A stretch of 64,000 bases of DNA from an uncultured Desulfurococcales archaeon (GCA_964496035.1 CAZBXI010000001.1:1126-65125); one strand, 5' to 3'. Shown: positions 10,258 through 19,863, counted from the first letter of the stretch. Notes: generated by a model from the sequence alone, not told the origin. A program made the numbers and translations.

Positions 10258-10554
10258 ATGTCTCAGCAAGCACAACCAACTCCAAGTAACGTAGTTTTAG
10301 TCGGTAAAAAACCAGTAATGAACTATGTTCTAGCAACACTAACATTGCTAAATCAGGGAGTAGACGAAGTTGTTGTCAAGGCTAGAGGAAGAGCCATAAG
10401 CAAAGCTGTTGACACAGTTGAGATTGTAAGAAACAGATTTTTAGCAGGACAAGTAGACGTCAAGGACATTAAAATAGGAAGTCAGACAATACAGAGTCCG
10501 GACGGCAGACAGTCAAGAGTTTCAACGATTGAAATAACGATAGTAAGGAAGTAG
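10258..10554 (+). CDS. albA: chromatin protein Alba (Sso10b family)
   Basis: 98 aa; [24 protein letters not shown]...[24 protein letters not shown] is the classic Alba fold signature. Confidence 0.9.
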   Translation: MSQQAQPTPSNVVLVGKKPVMNYVLATLTLLNQGVDEVVVKARGRAISKAVDTVEIVRNRFLAGQVDVKDIKIGSQTIQSPDGRQSRVSTIEITIVRK

Positions 10555-10662
10555 CAGAGAAGACAATGAAGAACAGTATGTGAAGCTAAAATACAACATG
10601 TTTTCTTTTGTCAATGCTTTTTCTCTTAACCTGTTTTTAATAATACCTCTGTAATGCTCTAG

Positions 10663-10986
10663 CTACTCTTCTTCAAAAAGCTCTATTAGTATTCTTGCTT
10701 TAACCTCTTTGCTCTTAAATGGTGGTGGTGTTTCCCCTAAATCTACTGCTAAGAATACAGGATTCCCTAAAGAGTCTTTAAACCTAACTTCAGCAACATA
10801 TTTTTTCCTAGGACCTGCTTCTATAGATTTCATTAGGGCCTCATATATTCTAGAAAGGGCCATTTGTAATGCTATAGGGCTGGTAAAGTCTTCAGGTTTT
10901 AACTGTATTTGAGTAAAGCTTCCTAAAATCTCACCTATTCTAGCTTCACCATGATATATGGCTATTTTCTTTTTCTCTTCTCTCAC
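10663..10986 (-). CDS. hypothetical protein
   Basis: 107-aa ORF. Its C-terminal ...GETPPPF segment resembles the C-terminus of the 11443..11814 product. Confidence 0.4.
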   Translation of the reverse strand: MREEKKKIAIYHGEARIGEILGSFTQIQLKPEDFTSPIALQMALSRIYEALMKSIEAGPRKKYVAEVRFKDSLGNPVFLAVDLGETPPPFKSKEVKARILIELFEEE

Positions 10987-11132
10987 TTGCTTACACCGGG
11001 AAAGCGTGAGCCTAAGAAACCTTAGTTAGTTCTTACTACTTAAATCTTACATATCTTTATGGTATTACCCTAAAGTATTATCCATTTTCTCATTAACCAA
11101 TACCTCTTTAAGTGTAGTATGGTAGAAACCAA

Positions 11133-11501
11133 TTGATATGGAGGATAATGCTAGTGAACCAAGAAACATGTCCATTTTACAAGTATGGTCAGTGCACTAT
11201 TGTTCCTCCAGAACTAGCTTATACTGTAGTCAACACCTTACGTTGCCGAAAATACTGGAAAACATGCAGATATTATAGGAAAAAGTTAGGATTAAGTAGT
11301 AAAAAAAGAACCGAAGAGAATGAAATACAGAAAAATGTTCCATTAACAAGCTTTTTAGGAAGACCAGAACGTGAAATAGTAGTAACTGCTGAAGTAAGAA
11401 AAATGAATTCAAGAGGTAAAAGAACATTAGAAAAGAAAATGTCTAAAGTTTTTCAAATGCTATTAGCTGAGATGAAAAAGGAGGAGGATTCTCAAGCTTA
11501 A
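11133..11501 (+). CDS. hypothetical small Cys-containing basic protein
   Basis: Four Cys (CPFYKYGQC...CRKYWKTC) and a K/E-rich tail. Its 3' end overlaps the convergent ORF by 59 bp, so one of the two may be mis-called. Confidence 0.3.
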   Translation: MIWRIMLVNQETCPFYKYGQCTIVPPELAYTVVNTLRCRKYWKTCRYYRKKLGLSSKKRTEENEIQKNVPLTSFLGRPEREIVVTAEVRKMNSRGKRTLEKKMSKVFQMLLAEMKKEEDSQA

Positions 11502-11814
11502 CGATGATTCTTTCACCTACTAGTTGAACTTCACCTTTAATATTAGCACTTCTTATTCTCCTAGAAATTCTAGAGCTAATATACTTAATAAGGTGTTTAG
11601 CAAAAGCTTTCTCCGGTTTAACTACTTTAAACGAGTAATTGTTTATTCTATTTAAAAATCCCATTTTCCATAGTCTCTTTAAATCCTTTATCGCTATTTT
11701 CCTACTTGAAAACAGCTTGAGCACGTCTAATGCTTCACCTATGTTAAATTCTTTCTCTCCAAATATGGAGTAAAGTATTAGATATGTTGAGAGAAGTCTT
11801 TTATTAAGCTTCAA
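11443..11814 (-). CDS. hypothetical protein, predicted winged-helix DNA-binding
   Basis: wHTH-like N-terminal half (LSTYLILYSIFGEKEFNIGEALDVLKLF...LKRLWKMGFLNRI). Confidence 0.4.
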   Translation of the reverse strand: MKLNKRLLSTYLILYSIFGEKEFNIGEALDVLKLFSSRKIAIKDLKRLWKMGFLNRINNYSFKVVKPEKAFAKHLIKYISSRISRRIRSANIKGEVQLVGERIIVKLENPPPFSSQLIAFEKL

Positions 11815-11823
11815 GGTGAAACA

Positions 11824-11886
11824 CGCTCAGAGCCCGGTTTCCTATCATAACTATGAATTCAACCCTTACGAGCTTCATCATAGCGT
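11824..11886 (-). ncRNA. candidate C/D-box sRNA (minus strand, intergenic)
   Basis: On the minus strand: terminal stem acgc/gcgt. C box AUGAUGA (plus 11875-11881), 12-nt guide, degenerate D' uuga, C' uaugaua, 12-nt guide, D CUGA (plus 11827-11830). Confidence 0.5.
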
Positions 11887-11924
11887 TTTACTTCACCGTC
11901 TAATTTAAGTATACTTATACATTG

Positions 11925-12911
11925 CTAGATAAGTCGTTCGTACTTAAATAAAGCCACTTTCACTTTCTCATGAGAAGCTGAAAGCAAAGCCCTGCCCATA
12001 CCTTCGGTGTTGAAAGCTGAACCTATATACCCGCGTACATCTACTATTATGAGGCCGGCAGTATTTTCTCCGAAGATATTAGTTACATAGTCTATACTTC
12101 TAGAAGCTGCTTTGAACGCTGGTAACCCGTTTTCAACAAGTTCTACGGCTCTTCTACAGAGACCTGTGATTAATATGTATTCTCCTATTCCAGAAGCTGA
12201 AGCAGCAGCTACATTGTTAGCGTAGAAACCTGCTCCAACTATAGGTGAATCCCCTATTCTACCAGGTAATTTTAACCAGTAACCACCAGTTGAAGTAGCT
12301 GCTGCAAGCTTTCCATCTCTATCTAGGGCTACGGCACCAACAGTTTCGGGGATTAGCTCCCCTACTTTCTCCAGTAGCTTTCTTAGTCTCTGTAAATGCT
12401 TAACTTCTCCTCTAAGCAGCTTTGAGTAGAGTTCATTATACCTCTTGACTTTACTAACATATTGTGGATGCTGTTTAAAATCCCATGTTTTTAGGCCTAA
12501 TTTTATACCTAATTCTTCTATGAAATTTCCAGCTAAGAGAATGTGATCCGTTTTTTCCATAACTACCCTAGCTAAAAGTATAGGGTTTTTAATTTTCTTA
12601 ACTAAGGTAACTCCACCTACTCTCAAAGTGGAACCATCCATAATTCCGGCGTCCATTTCCACTTCCTTATGAATGTTAAGTACTGACCCCACACCAGCAT
12701 TCATGAACCCGCAGTCCTCCATGGTCTTTACAGCTTCAACAACACCATCTACAGCCCCACCCGTTAATAGGGCTCTAAACCCATTTTCTGCAGCATCTTT
12801 TAAGCATAATTTGTAATCCTTAAGTTGCTTATTTCTTAACCTCCCCGCACCACCGTGAACAAGAATTATTGGCTTTTTAAAAGGCCTCATATAATAAGCC
12901 ATTTTCCTCAA
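11925..12911 (-). CDS. isoaspartyl peptidase / L-asparaginase (Ntn hydrolase, plant-type asparaginase family)
   Basis: ILVHGGAG, autoproteolytic GTVGAVALDRDGKLAAATSTGG, and GRIGDSPIVGAG. Confidence 0.8.
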   Translation of the reverse strand: MRKMAYYMRPFKKPIILVHGGAGRLRNKQLKDYKLCLKDAAENGFRALLTGGAVDGVVEAVKTMEDCGFMNAGVGSVLNIHKEVEMDAGIMDGSTLRVGGVTLVKKIKNPILLARVVMEKTDHILLAGNFIEELGIKLGLKTWDFKQHPQYVSKVKRYNELYSKLLRGEVKHLQRLRKLLEKVGELIPETVGAVALDRDGKLAAATSTGGYWLKLPGRIGDSPIVGAGFYANNVAAASASGIGEYILITGLCRRAVELVENGLPAFKAASRSIDYVTNIFGENTAGLIIVDVRGYIGSAFNTEGMGRALLSASHEKVKVALFKYERLI

Positions 12912-12977
12912 CTCCTCTTAGCCTTTTCTTAAACAAAATTTTAAAACTTGTTCTTAAACCTATCATAGGGAAGAATA

Positions 12978-13778
12978 TTGCGCTACTATGCTATTATCCT
13001 TATACCTACGGAAATTAATTATCAAAATAGTATGATATCTGTCATGAAAACTTTAGGAGAGATATTTAATGCAGGATACGAGATTTTTTACTCCTTAGAG
13101 CCATTTACGCTTAAAGTTAAGGAAACAGTAATGCAAGATGTTAATAAATGGTTCAGGCGATGCTTTGGAGTAAACACTTTCATAATCCCTGTAGTTGATG
13201 AAAATGACCTAGACTACATGTTTGAAACCTCAGAAAGACATGGTATAAACATAGCATATACCTACGAAAGGTTATGGATCAAGGGTAGAAAATTAAAAAC
13301 GTACTGCATAAACGCGTTAGAAAACGTTCCTTTAGAAATAGTGAACATGCTTATAAGCATGGGATTTAATGTATGTAGAAATGAAAAATACCCTGCTATA
13401 ATGGGATTTGAAGACTTGCTACTTTTTTCTAAGAAACCTGAAGTCCGTATTGAAGACTATGCTATCTCAAAAACCAAGGTTTATGTGGAAAGCGTTCGTA
13501 CTTTAAAACCTTGGCACACATTAACGTATGGGGTGGAATTCAATGAAGTATATAAGGACCTTGTAAATGTAGAAGAGGAACTATATGAAGTCAATAACAA
13601 TATTTTTCTCGAGAAATTAGTCATTGTAAACGATAAATACCCTATACTTACCTTAAACGTTCAGGACGATACCATACTGCTGTATACGAAAGGGCTACGA
13701 AACAATATATATCTTGAAAAACTTCTCTCAAATATTCTTGCCTATATTTCTAGCGATTACGTTAAATTACATCTTTAA
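12978..13778 (+). CDS. hypothetical protein
   Basis: 266-aa ORF with typical codon usage and no recognised motif. Confidence 0.4.
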   Translation: MRYYAIILIPTEINYQNSMISVMKTLGEIFNAGYEIFYSLEPFTLKVKETVMQDVNKWFRRCFGVNTFIIPVVDENDLDYMFETSERHGINIAYTYERLWIKGRKLKTYCINALENVPLEIVNMLISMGFNVCRNEKYPAIMGFEDLLLFSKKPEVRIEDYAISKTKVYVESVRTLKPWHTLTYGVEFNEVYKDLVNVEEELYEVNNNIFLEKLVIVNDKYPILTLNVQDDTILLYTKGLRNNIYLEKLLSNILAYISSDYVKLHL

Positions 13779-13838
13779 CTAAATTATAAATGTTAAAATA
13801 GGTATTACCTAAAATTAGTATTCTGAAAGGGTGACATA

Positions 13839-14306
13839 TTGTCGGAAATAGACCCGCTATTTCTGAAGTACATTAACAGTCAACGTGTAAGAATATTGAA
13901 ATATATTATGCTTGGCATAAACGATATCGATGATTTATCACATCTAATGTTAACAGGTAAGAATGTTATTAAAAGACATGCTAAACTACTTGAAACTATA
14001 GGCTTATTAAATATCAAATGTAATACCTTAGAACTAAATAAAACACCGAGAAATCTTGCTTTGCTTTACTGTATTGGTGTAATTGATGAGAAGGATTTCT
14101 TCAAAATGACATACGAGTACATATTATCGATAATAGAAAAATGTGATAGGAGAATAGGTGCCGAAGATGTTAACGTCTATTTCTCTGGTGATGGAGGATT
14201 ACTTATAGAAACAGTGGGAAAGCTAGATGAGAATATGAGAAGTAAGATTGCTGAGAAAATACTTAAAGAGCTTAGCTTCACATATATTCATTTCAAGCAG
14301 GGATGA
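13839..14306 (+). CDS. putative HTH transcriptional regulator
   Basis: N-terminal winged-helix-like segment (RVRILKYIMLG...DLSHLMLTGKNVIKRHAKLLETIGLL). Confidence 0.4.
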   Translation: MSEIDPLFLKYINSQRVRILKYIMLGINDIDDLSHLMLTGKNVIKRHAKLLETIGLLNIKCNTLELNKTPRNLALLYCIGVIDEKDFFKMTYEYILSIIEKCDRRIGAEDVNVYFSGDGGLLIETVGKLDENMRSKIAEKILKELSFTYIHFKQG

Positions 14307-14352
14307 TGAGAGAAATTAGCGGAATATTGATGTCGTTCACCGACCTCTCTGA
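14303..14352 (+). ncRNA. candidate C/D-box sRNA overlapping the stop codon of the preceding gene
   Basis: C box atgatga 14303-14309 (contains the TGA stop), 12-nt guide, degenerate D' and C' (ttgatgt 14327-14333), 15-nt guide, D ctga 14349-14352. Confidence 0.35.
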
Positions 14353-14597
14353 CCATGCTTACTTATATGGGGTTGCGTTATCCTTCTCCTATATCCTCTC
14401 ACATTTGTTATTACACGCACTATGATTAAATCTTTAGTTTTCCTAGGGCTTGGCCACAGTTTCCACTTACATATGCCACATATCCTAGCCTTGAACTTTT
14501 TACCTCTCTTAGTATCTCTTATCTCAACAAGCCAACGGGCTCTGTGATTTCTACATAATTCACAGTCTTTCCTTGCCATGCTTGAACACGTCTTCAC
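14337..14597 (-). CDS. small basic zinc-ribbon protein
   Basis: CxxC (CELC) and CxxC (CGIC) pairs; highly basic. Confidence 0.35.
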   Translation of the reverse strand: MKTCSSMARKDCELCRNHRARWLVEIRDTKRGKKFKARICGICKWKLWPSPRKTKDLIIVRVITNVRGYRRRITQPHISKHGQRGR

Positions 14598-14668
14598 TTA
14601 CTTACTACAGTATTTTGTGGAATAATATTTTAAACGGTTTTCCTTAGTTCTACATAGAGGTTTAGGTC

Positions 14669-15211
14669 ATGGTAGAACCTAGATTTAACCTTATAGTAAC
14701 CACATATGCTTTAAGGGAGGAAGCAGCTATCGAAGAATTAACACAGTATATTGGAGGAGTATATGTTGTTTGGAAGCAAAGATCTCTTGTCCTAATTAGA
14801 GCTACGCGAATGGACCCTTATGAAGCAGTTAAAACTATCAGAGAACAGATTGATCCAAGGTATACTAACATACTTAGAGTCATACCGATAGATATTGTAT
14901 ATTCTCCAGTACTTGAAGACGTAGCTAAGATAATCTGGGATCTAGTAGATGAGAAAATAAAGCCTGATGAAACGTTTAGGATTACCCTAGAAGGCCATTT
15001 ATTTAAAGTAACTGAAGAAGGCAATCTTATTGAAGCTCGTAGTAGAGAATCTATAGACTATATTGCTAAAAACATTGACAGAAAAGTGAACTTAAAAAAA
15101 CCTGATAAGGTTGTCTACATAAAGGTCGTTAGAGTAGCAGGAAAACCTTACGCCGCTGTATCGATATGTAAGCCGGAAGATATTATTTCAACACAGAAAA
15201 TGGCTAAGTAG
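14669..15211 (+). CDS. THUMP domain protein (predicted RNA binding)
   Basis: N-terminal ferredoxin-like segment followed by a THUMP-like ETFRITLEGHLF...VNLKKPDKVVYIKVV...YAAVSI. Confidence 0.55.
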   Translation: MVEPRFNLIVTTYALREEAAIEELTQYIGGVYVVWKQRSLVLIRATRMDPYEAVKTIREQIDPRYTNILRVIPIDIVYSPVLEDVAKIIWDLVDEKIKPDETFRITLEGHLFKVTEEGNLIEARSRESIDYIAKNIDRKVNLKKPDKVVYIKVVRVAGKPYAAVSICKPEDIISTQKMAK

Positions 15212-15222
15212 CTTAGCTACTT
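15206..15222. terminator. perfect palindrome aagtagcttagctactt containing the stop codons of both convergent genes
   Basis: A 7-bp stem with a 3-nt loop lies exactly at the junction of the plus-strand TAG (15209-15211) and the minus-strand TAG (15217-15219). Confidence 0.3.
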
Positions 15223-16842
15223 GAAAAGTAACTCCGAAAGATCAAAACTTTTTCTCCGTCTCGACTGGAATTCTTCAAGAGTCCCTTTAACTATTATTTC
15301 ATAGAGTCTTGCCTCTTTACCTTTAGACGGTCTTAGTAGCCTACCAAGTCTCTGTATAAACTGTCTTCTAGAACCAGTACCTGTAACTATAATTCCGACA
15401 TTAGCATCTGGTATATCTAATCCTTCATCACCTACCGTGGTAACCACTAATACTCGAGTTTTGCCCTCTTTAAAATTTCTCAAAATTTCTTGTCTTTTTC
15501 TAGTTTCAGTTTCGCCTATCAGTATGGGTGCATTAAGGAGTTTACCGAGTTCTTTTGCTTGATCCACATACTGTGTAAAAACTATTATTTTACTACTTTT
15601 CTTAAGTTCTAAATCAACTATTTTCCTAACTACTTTATTTTTACTTTTAGACTTATGTACTATTTGCCTTAACTTACTATGTATTCTTAACGCATTCTGC
15701 GCTCTTATGTCTCCTCTTCTAGCTTTTTCCAGTACCATTTCAAATTTCTCCCCACCGCTTAGCTCTTTATACACCTTGTACAGCTCTCTATATTCTTTAT
15801 ATTCATCCGGCGTTAACGTTACCTCAATGGGATATATTATGTAAGGTGCTAAGTATCCTTTTATTGCAAGGTCTGATGGAGACTTATAGTAAACTACGCC
15901 ACCCATTAACGGGAAAAGTTCTTCATGTTTTCCATCTTCTCTTACTACAGTAGCAGATAATCCCATTCTTTTAGGAGCAAAAGAGTTTATAGCTATGTAT
16001 TTAAATTTGTCCGAAGGCAAATGATGTACTTCATCGATAATTAGAAATGAAAAATACTTTGTTAAAACATCTATATGCCTATAGGCTGTTTGGTATGTAG
16101 AAATAGTTATGGGGGAAAGCCTTTTTTCCTCACCATAATATAAGCCTATGTATTCTTTTTTAACATCTGTGAATTTAACTATCATGTCTTGCCATTGAAA
16201 CATTTGTTCTTTAGTATAGGTTACTATGAGTGTTCTTTCAGAGAGCTTAGTTATAGCGGCTATGGCTATGATGGTTTTTCCTGCGCCAGTTGGTAAGGCA
16301 ATAACGCCTTTAGCCCCTTTACTAAGCCATGTGTTTAGTGCTTCCTCCTGATAATCTCTTAAAGAAACGTTAAGTTTAATGTTGAAAGGGAGTTTTAGAG
16401 AGTCAGATAAACCTGTTTCATCAATTACTCTTAGTCCGAGCTCGTTGAGTTTCTTTTTAAGCTCAAAGAAATATATTGGCTTTACATATATCTTCCTTAA
16501 ACGCCTATCATAGGTGACAAAGTCCCTGATTTCGTTGAATTTCTCCCCTAGATAGATGTGTGTTTGAAGAAGAACTCTATTTTGATCCCAAACTAGCCTT
16601 ATTGTTCTCTTCGCTAAAATACGTTCCTTAATTCTCTCTAATATCCTTTCATCAAGTATTATGCCTACGTCCTCTAATATGGAAATCACATCTTCGTACT
16701 CTAGGTTGTTTTTATGTATTTTATTGAAGTTTATAACAAACTTTGCTCCTCTACTTGTTCGACCTAGGTAGTCTGCTATAGTAAGTAGTTTCTCATAGTC
16801 TTCTTTATCTAACCACTTTTTTACTTCGAAGTATGTTGACAA
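15217..16842 (-). CDS. xpb: XPB/Rad25-type SF2 DNA repair helicase
   Basis: DYQEEAL, Walker A LPTGAGKT, Walker B IIDEVHHL, helicase C-terminal motifs (TQYVDQ, RLGRLLR), and an N-terminal damage-recognition-like domain. Confidence 0.85.
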   Translation of the reverse strand: MSTYFEVKKWLDKEDYEKLLTIADYLGRTSRGAKFVINFNKIHKNNLEYEDVISILEDVGIILDERILERIKERILAKRTIRLVWDQNRVLLQTHIYLGEKFNEIRDFVTYDRRLRKIYVKPIYFFELKKKLNELGLRVIDETGLSDSLKLPFNIKLNVSLRDYQEEALNTWLSKGAKGVIALPTGAGKTIIAIAAITKLSERTLIVTYTKEQMFQWQDMIVKFTDVKKEYIGLYYGEEKRLSPITISTYQTAYRHIDVLTKYFSFLIIDEVHHLPSDKFKYIAINSFAPKRMGLSATVVREDGKHEELFPLMGGVVYYKSPSDLAIKGYLAPYIIYPIEVTLTPDEYKEYRELYKVYKELSGGEKFEMVLEKARRGDIRAQNALRIHSKLRQIVHKSKSKNKVVRKIVDLELKKSSKIIVFTQYVDQAKELGKLLNAPILIGETETRKRQEILRNFKEGKTRVLVVTTVGDEGLDIPDANVGIIVTGTGSRRQFIQRLGRLLRPSKGKEARLYEIIVKGTLEEFQSRRRKSFDLSELLFK

Positions 16843-16849
16843 CGCTCTT

Positions 16850-17308
16850 TCACTCCATATAATCGTATCCTATGATCATAGTTTTTCCAGATACTTCTAT
16901 TCCTACCTCTCTTAATGCCATAATGATATTTTTAATGACATTACCTATGTCTTTTAAACTTAATAGGTTTACTTCAATATATACGCTATCTCTGCTTTCT
17001 CTATAAAATGTGAGGTTTTTTAATACGTTACTTCTCTTTAAACTTGCTAGCACGTTGCTCCATGTTATTCCTCGCTTCTCTATAACGCTTTTATTTAAAA
17101 TAACCTTTATTCCATGGACGATAACGTTTTCCTTCGTCAAAACATCTATTTCAACGCTCAGCGAAATTAAGGGTTCTGTAGAGAAGAAAAACTCCAAGTA
17201 CCTACTACCTCTATGTATTGCTTCTTCAAAAGCCCAAAGTATGTAGTAATCTTTAGGTACATATTCTTTTAATGCACTTTTAATTTCCTTTACTGAGGTT
17301 CTTAACAT
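16850..17308 (-). CDS. hypothetical protein, co-oriented 7 bp upstream of xpb (too short to be Bax1)
   Basis: 152-aa ORF tightly linked to xpb. Confidence 0.4.
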   Translation of the reverse strand: MLRTSVKEIKSALKEYVPKDYYILWAFEEAIHRGSRYLEFFFSTEPLISLSVEIDVLTKENVIVHGIKVILNKSVIEKRGITWSNVLASLKRSNVLKNLTFYRESRDSVYIEVNLLSLKDIGNVIKNIIMALREVGIEVSGKTMIIGYDYME

Positions 17309-17386
17309 AGTTTATTCCAAATTATATAGTTTAACCTAAAACTTTATCTGGTTCTTGATATTTTTAAAACTTTGGAGTGAAATATA

Positions 17387-17983
17387 TTGATAATTAAGCT
17401 CGTTGGCTGCTTAGAATATGTTGAAAATCTTGAGAAAGAGTACAATAAGCTTTTAGAAAAGGTTAACATGGAATTAGAGAAAAAGGGCGTTAAAGCACGT
17501 GTTTCCTTGGTAAAAAATATAAGGAATGTTGATGGGAAAATTTTTGTAAAGTATCTTGGTACGAGGATTAAGATTTTTGGCGAAGTCGATGTTTCTCAAA
17601 TAACTTTACCTTCACGCTTTCCTCTAGATGGCTTCGAATACGTTATTGAAAAAGGCACTATGCTCTGTTCTTATAAGGTATTTAGAAAGTTCGCTAACAT
17701 GCTAAAACAATGTAGGGTTATTATTAGTCTTGATAACGTTAGAGATAAAATTATTGAAGAAATAATGGGAGAGGCATATAGGGTTAAAGAATACTACAGT
17801 AAACTACTTAAAGCCCCAGTAAATTGGGTTCCTCTAATAAAAACAGGTATTTTAAGAAAGACATCAAAAACATTAAATATTAACTATGAAGATCTTATCG
17901 ACTACCTAGCTTACCTAAGAGATAAAGGTGTAGTAAAAATAATGTTCGGTGAAAAAGGAGAACTCTGGTTGCAAGTGCTTTAA
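17387..17983 (+). CDS. hypothetical protein
   Basis: 198-aa ORF. Confidence 0.4.
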   Translation: MIIKLVGCLEYVENLEKEYNKLLEKVNMELEKKGVKARVSLVKNIRNVDGKIFVKYLGTRIKIFGEVDVSQITLPSRFPLDGFEYVIEKGTMLCSYKVFRKFANMLKQCRVIISLDNVRDKIIEEIMGEAYRVKEYYSKLLKAPVNWVPLIKTGILRKTSKTLNINYEDLIDYLAYLRDKGVVKIMFGEKGELWLQVL

Positions 17984-18081
17984 ATTAATTCCATAAACCT
18001 GAACTACCGCTTGTTACTTTAGCTAGTCCTAATATTCTTAAGTCTGTATTTTTACCACTTATCCTAGAGTGTGCGATAGAA

Positions 18082-18375
18082 ATGCAAGTAGGCCGAAGCA
18101 GCGAAAAACTACTTGAACACCTATCATGGCTTGCAAGAGTAAAACTTACAAGAAGAGAGAAGGAGTTATTAGTTAAGGATATAGCCAAAATTATAGATTT
18201 CTTTAATAAGTTAAGCGAAGCTAATGTTGAAAATATTGAACCCACAACACACGTTATTGAACTAGTCAATGCATTAAGAGAAGATATTCCACGTAAACCC
18301 ATGGAATCAGGCGAAGCTTTAGCAAATGCCCCTTCAAAAGAGGATAACTTCTTTAAGGCACCAAGAATACTATAG
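18082..18375 (+). CDS. gatC: aspartyl/glutamyl-tRNA amidotransferase subunit C
   Basis: 97 aa, immediately upstream of gatA and gatB, with GatC-like length and a helical pattern. Confidence 0.7.
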   Translation: MQVGRSSEKLLEHLSWLARVKLTRREKELLVKDIAKIIDFFNKLSEANVENIEPTTHVIELVNALREDIPRKPMESGEALANAPSKEDNFFKAPRIL

Positions 18376-19854
18376 GTGATTATGGTGACCTTGTTTTCTA
18401 AACCAGCTTACATGTTAAAAGAAGAAATAATTTCTGAAAGCGTATCCATAGTGGATTTAGTATGCAAACTTTATGAAAGAGTACGTAAGCTTGACCCTAT
18501 AATTAACGCTTTCATAACATTAAGAAGTGAAGATGAAGTTATTAGAGAAGCAGAGAGGAAGGAAAAGGAGGTTAAAAAAGGAAAAGCTAAGGGACTACTA
18601 TTTGGCATACCTATTGCAGTCAAAGACAACATATCAACTAAAGGTATTAGGACTACATGTGGTTCTAAAATATTAGAAAACTACGTTCCTCCTTATGATG
18701 CTTCCGTAATTAAGTTCCTTAAAGATGAAGGAGCCATTATTATTGGTAAAACAAACATGGATGAATTTGCTATGGGCTCTTCTACTGAAACAAGCTATTT
18801 CGGCCCAACAAGGAATCCATGGGATTTAGAAAGAGTTCCAGGAGGTTCTTCGGGAGGAAGTGCAGCAGCATTAGCTGCAGGGCTTGCTCCTATTGCTTTA
18901 GGCTCAGACACTGGTGGCTCTGTTAGGTGCCCAGCAGCCTTTACTGCTACGGTGGGTTTAAAACCTACTTACGGTTTGGTAAGCAGATATGGTTTAATAG
19001 CTTATGCTAATAGCCTTGAACAAATAGGTCCTATGGCTAGGAATGTGACTGATATCGCTTTACTTTTAAACGTTATTTCAAGGTACGATGAGAACGATGG
19101 CACATCTATACCCGGTAAGAGACCCGACTATGTGTACTCCGCAATCAATCCCTATGATTTCAAGGAGCATTTAAAGGTAGGGATTGTTTCTGAAATGTTT
19201 GGTGAAGGAGTATCTGAAGATGTGAAGAAGTCTGTTTTAAGGGTCCTTGATAAGGTTTCAGGCGAAGGCGTGGAGATTGATGAGATAAGTTTGCCCTCTC
19301 TAAAATATGCTCTACCAGCATACTACATCATAGCTATGTCTGAAGCCAGTTCTAACCTCGCCAGATACGATGGTGTAAGATACGGGTTCAGAGCTAATAC
19401 TGATGGAGATTGGAATAAAGTATATATGGAAACTAGAGCAGAAGGTTTTGGGTTAGAGGTAAAACGTAGGATAATAATGGGAACATTTGCTCTAAGCGCA
19501 GGTTACTTTGACCAATACTACTTAAGAGCTCTTAAAGTAAGAACGCTTATATTAAACGATTTTAGAAGAGCCTTTAAACGATTCCATATTCTCGTAAGCC
19601 CGACAATGCCAATATTACCCTTCAGGATAGGTGAGAAGATAAAAGACCCGTTAGCCATGTACATGTGCGATATTGAAACAGTTCCTGCAAACCTTGCAGG
19701 TATACCGGCTATATCTATACCAGCAGGTTTTGTAAACAATTTACCTGTAGGTCTACAGCTTATGTCGAGACCGCTAAGCGAAGATTTACTGCTTAAAGTA
19801 AGTAAAATGTTCGAAGACAAGATAGGGTTAAAGGATTTAATTGCACCATTATGA
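18376..19854 (+). CDS. gatA: aspartyl/glutamyl-tRNA amidotransferase subunit A (amidase signature family)
   Basis: Amidase signature GGSSGGSAAALAAG...GSDTGGSVRCPAA with the Ser-cisSer-Lys triad context. Confidence 0.9.
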   Translation: MIMVTLFSKPAYMLKEEIISESVSIVDLVCKLYERVRKLDPIINAFITLRSEDEVIREAERKEKEVKKGKAKGLLFGIPIAVKDNISTKGIRTTCGSKILENYVPPYDASVIKFLKDEGAIIIGKTNMDEFAMGSSTETSYFGPTRNPWDLERVPGGSSGGSAAALAAGLAPIALGSDTGGSVRCPAAFTATVGLKPTYGLVSRYGLIAYANSLEQIGPMARNVTDIALLLNVISRYDENDGTSIPGKRPDYVYSAINPYDFKEHLKVGIVSEMFGEGVSEDVKKSVLRVLDKVSGEGVEIDEISLPSLKYALPAYYIIAMSEASSNLARYDGVRYGFRANTDGDWNKVYMETRAEGFGLEVKRRIIMGTFALSAGYFDQYYLRALKVRTLILNDFRRAFKRFHILVSPTMPILPFRIGEKIKDPLAMYMCDIETVPANLAGIPAISIPAGFVNNLPVGLQLMSRPLSEDLLLKVSKMFEDKIGLKDLIAPL

Positions 19855-19863
19855 GGTGTAACT

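Noticed and set aside
16850-17308. Calling the ORF upstream of xpb Bax1
   Set aside because: At 152 aa it is far too short, and I could not recognise nuclease motifs. It is left as hypothetical.
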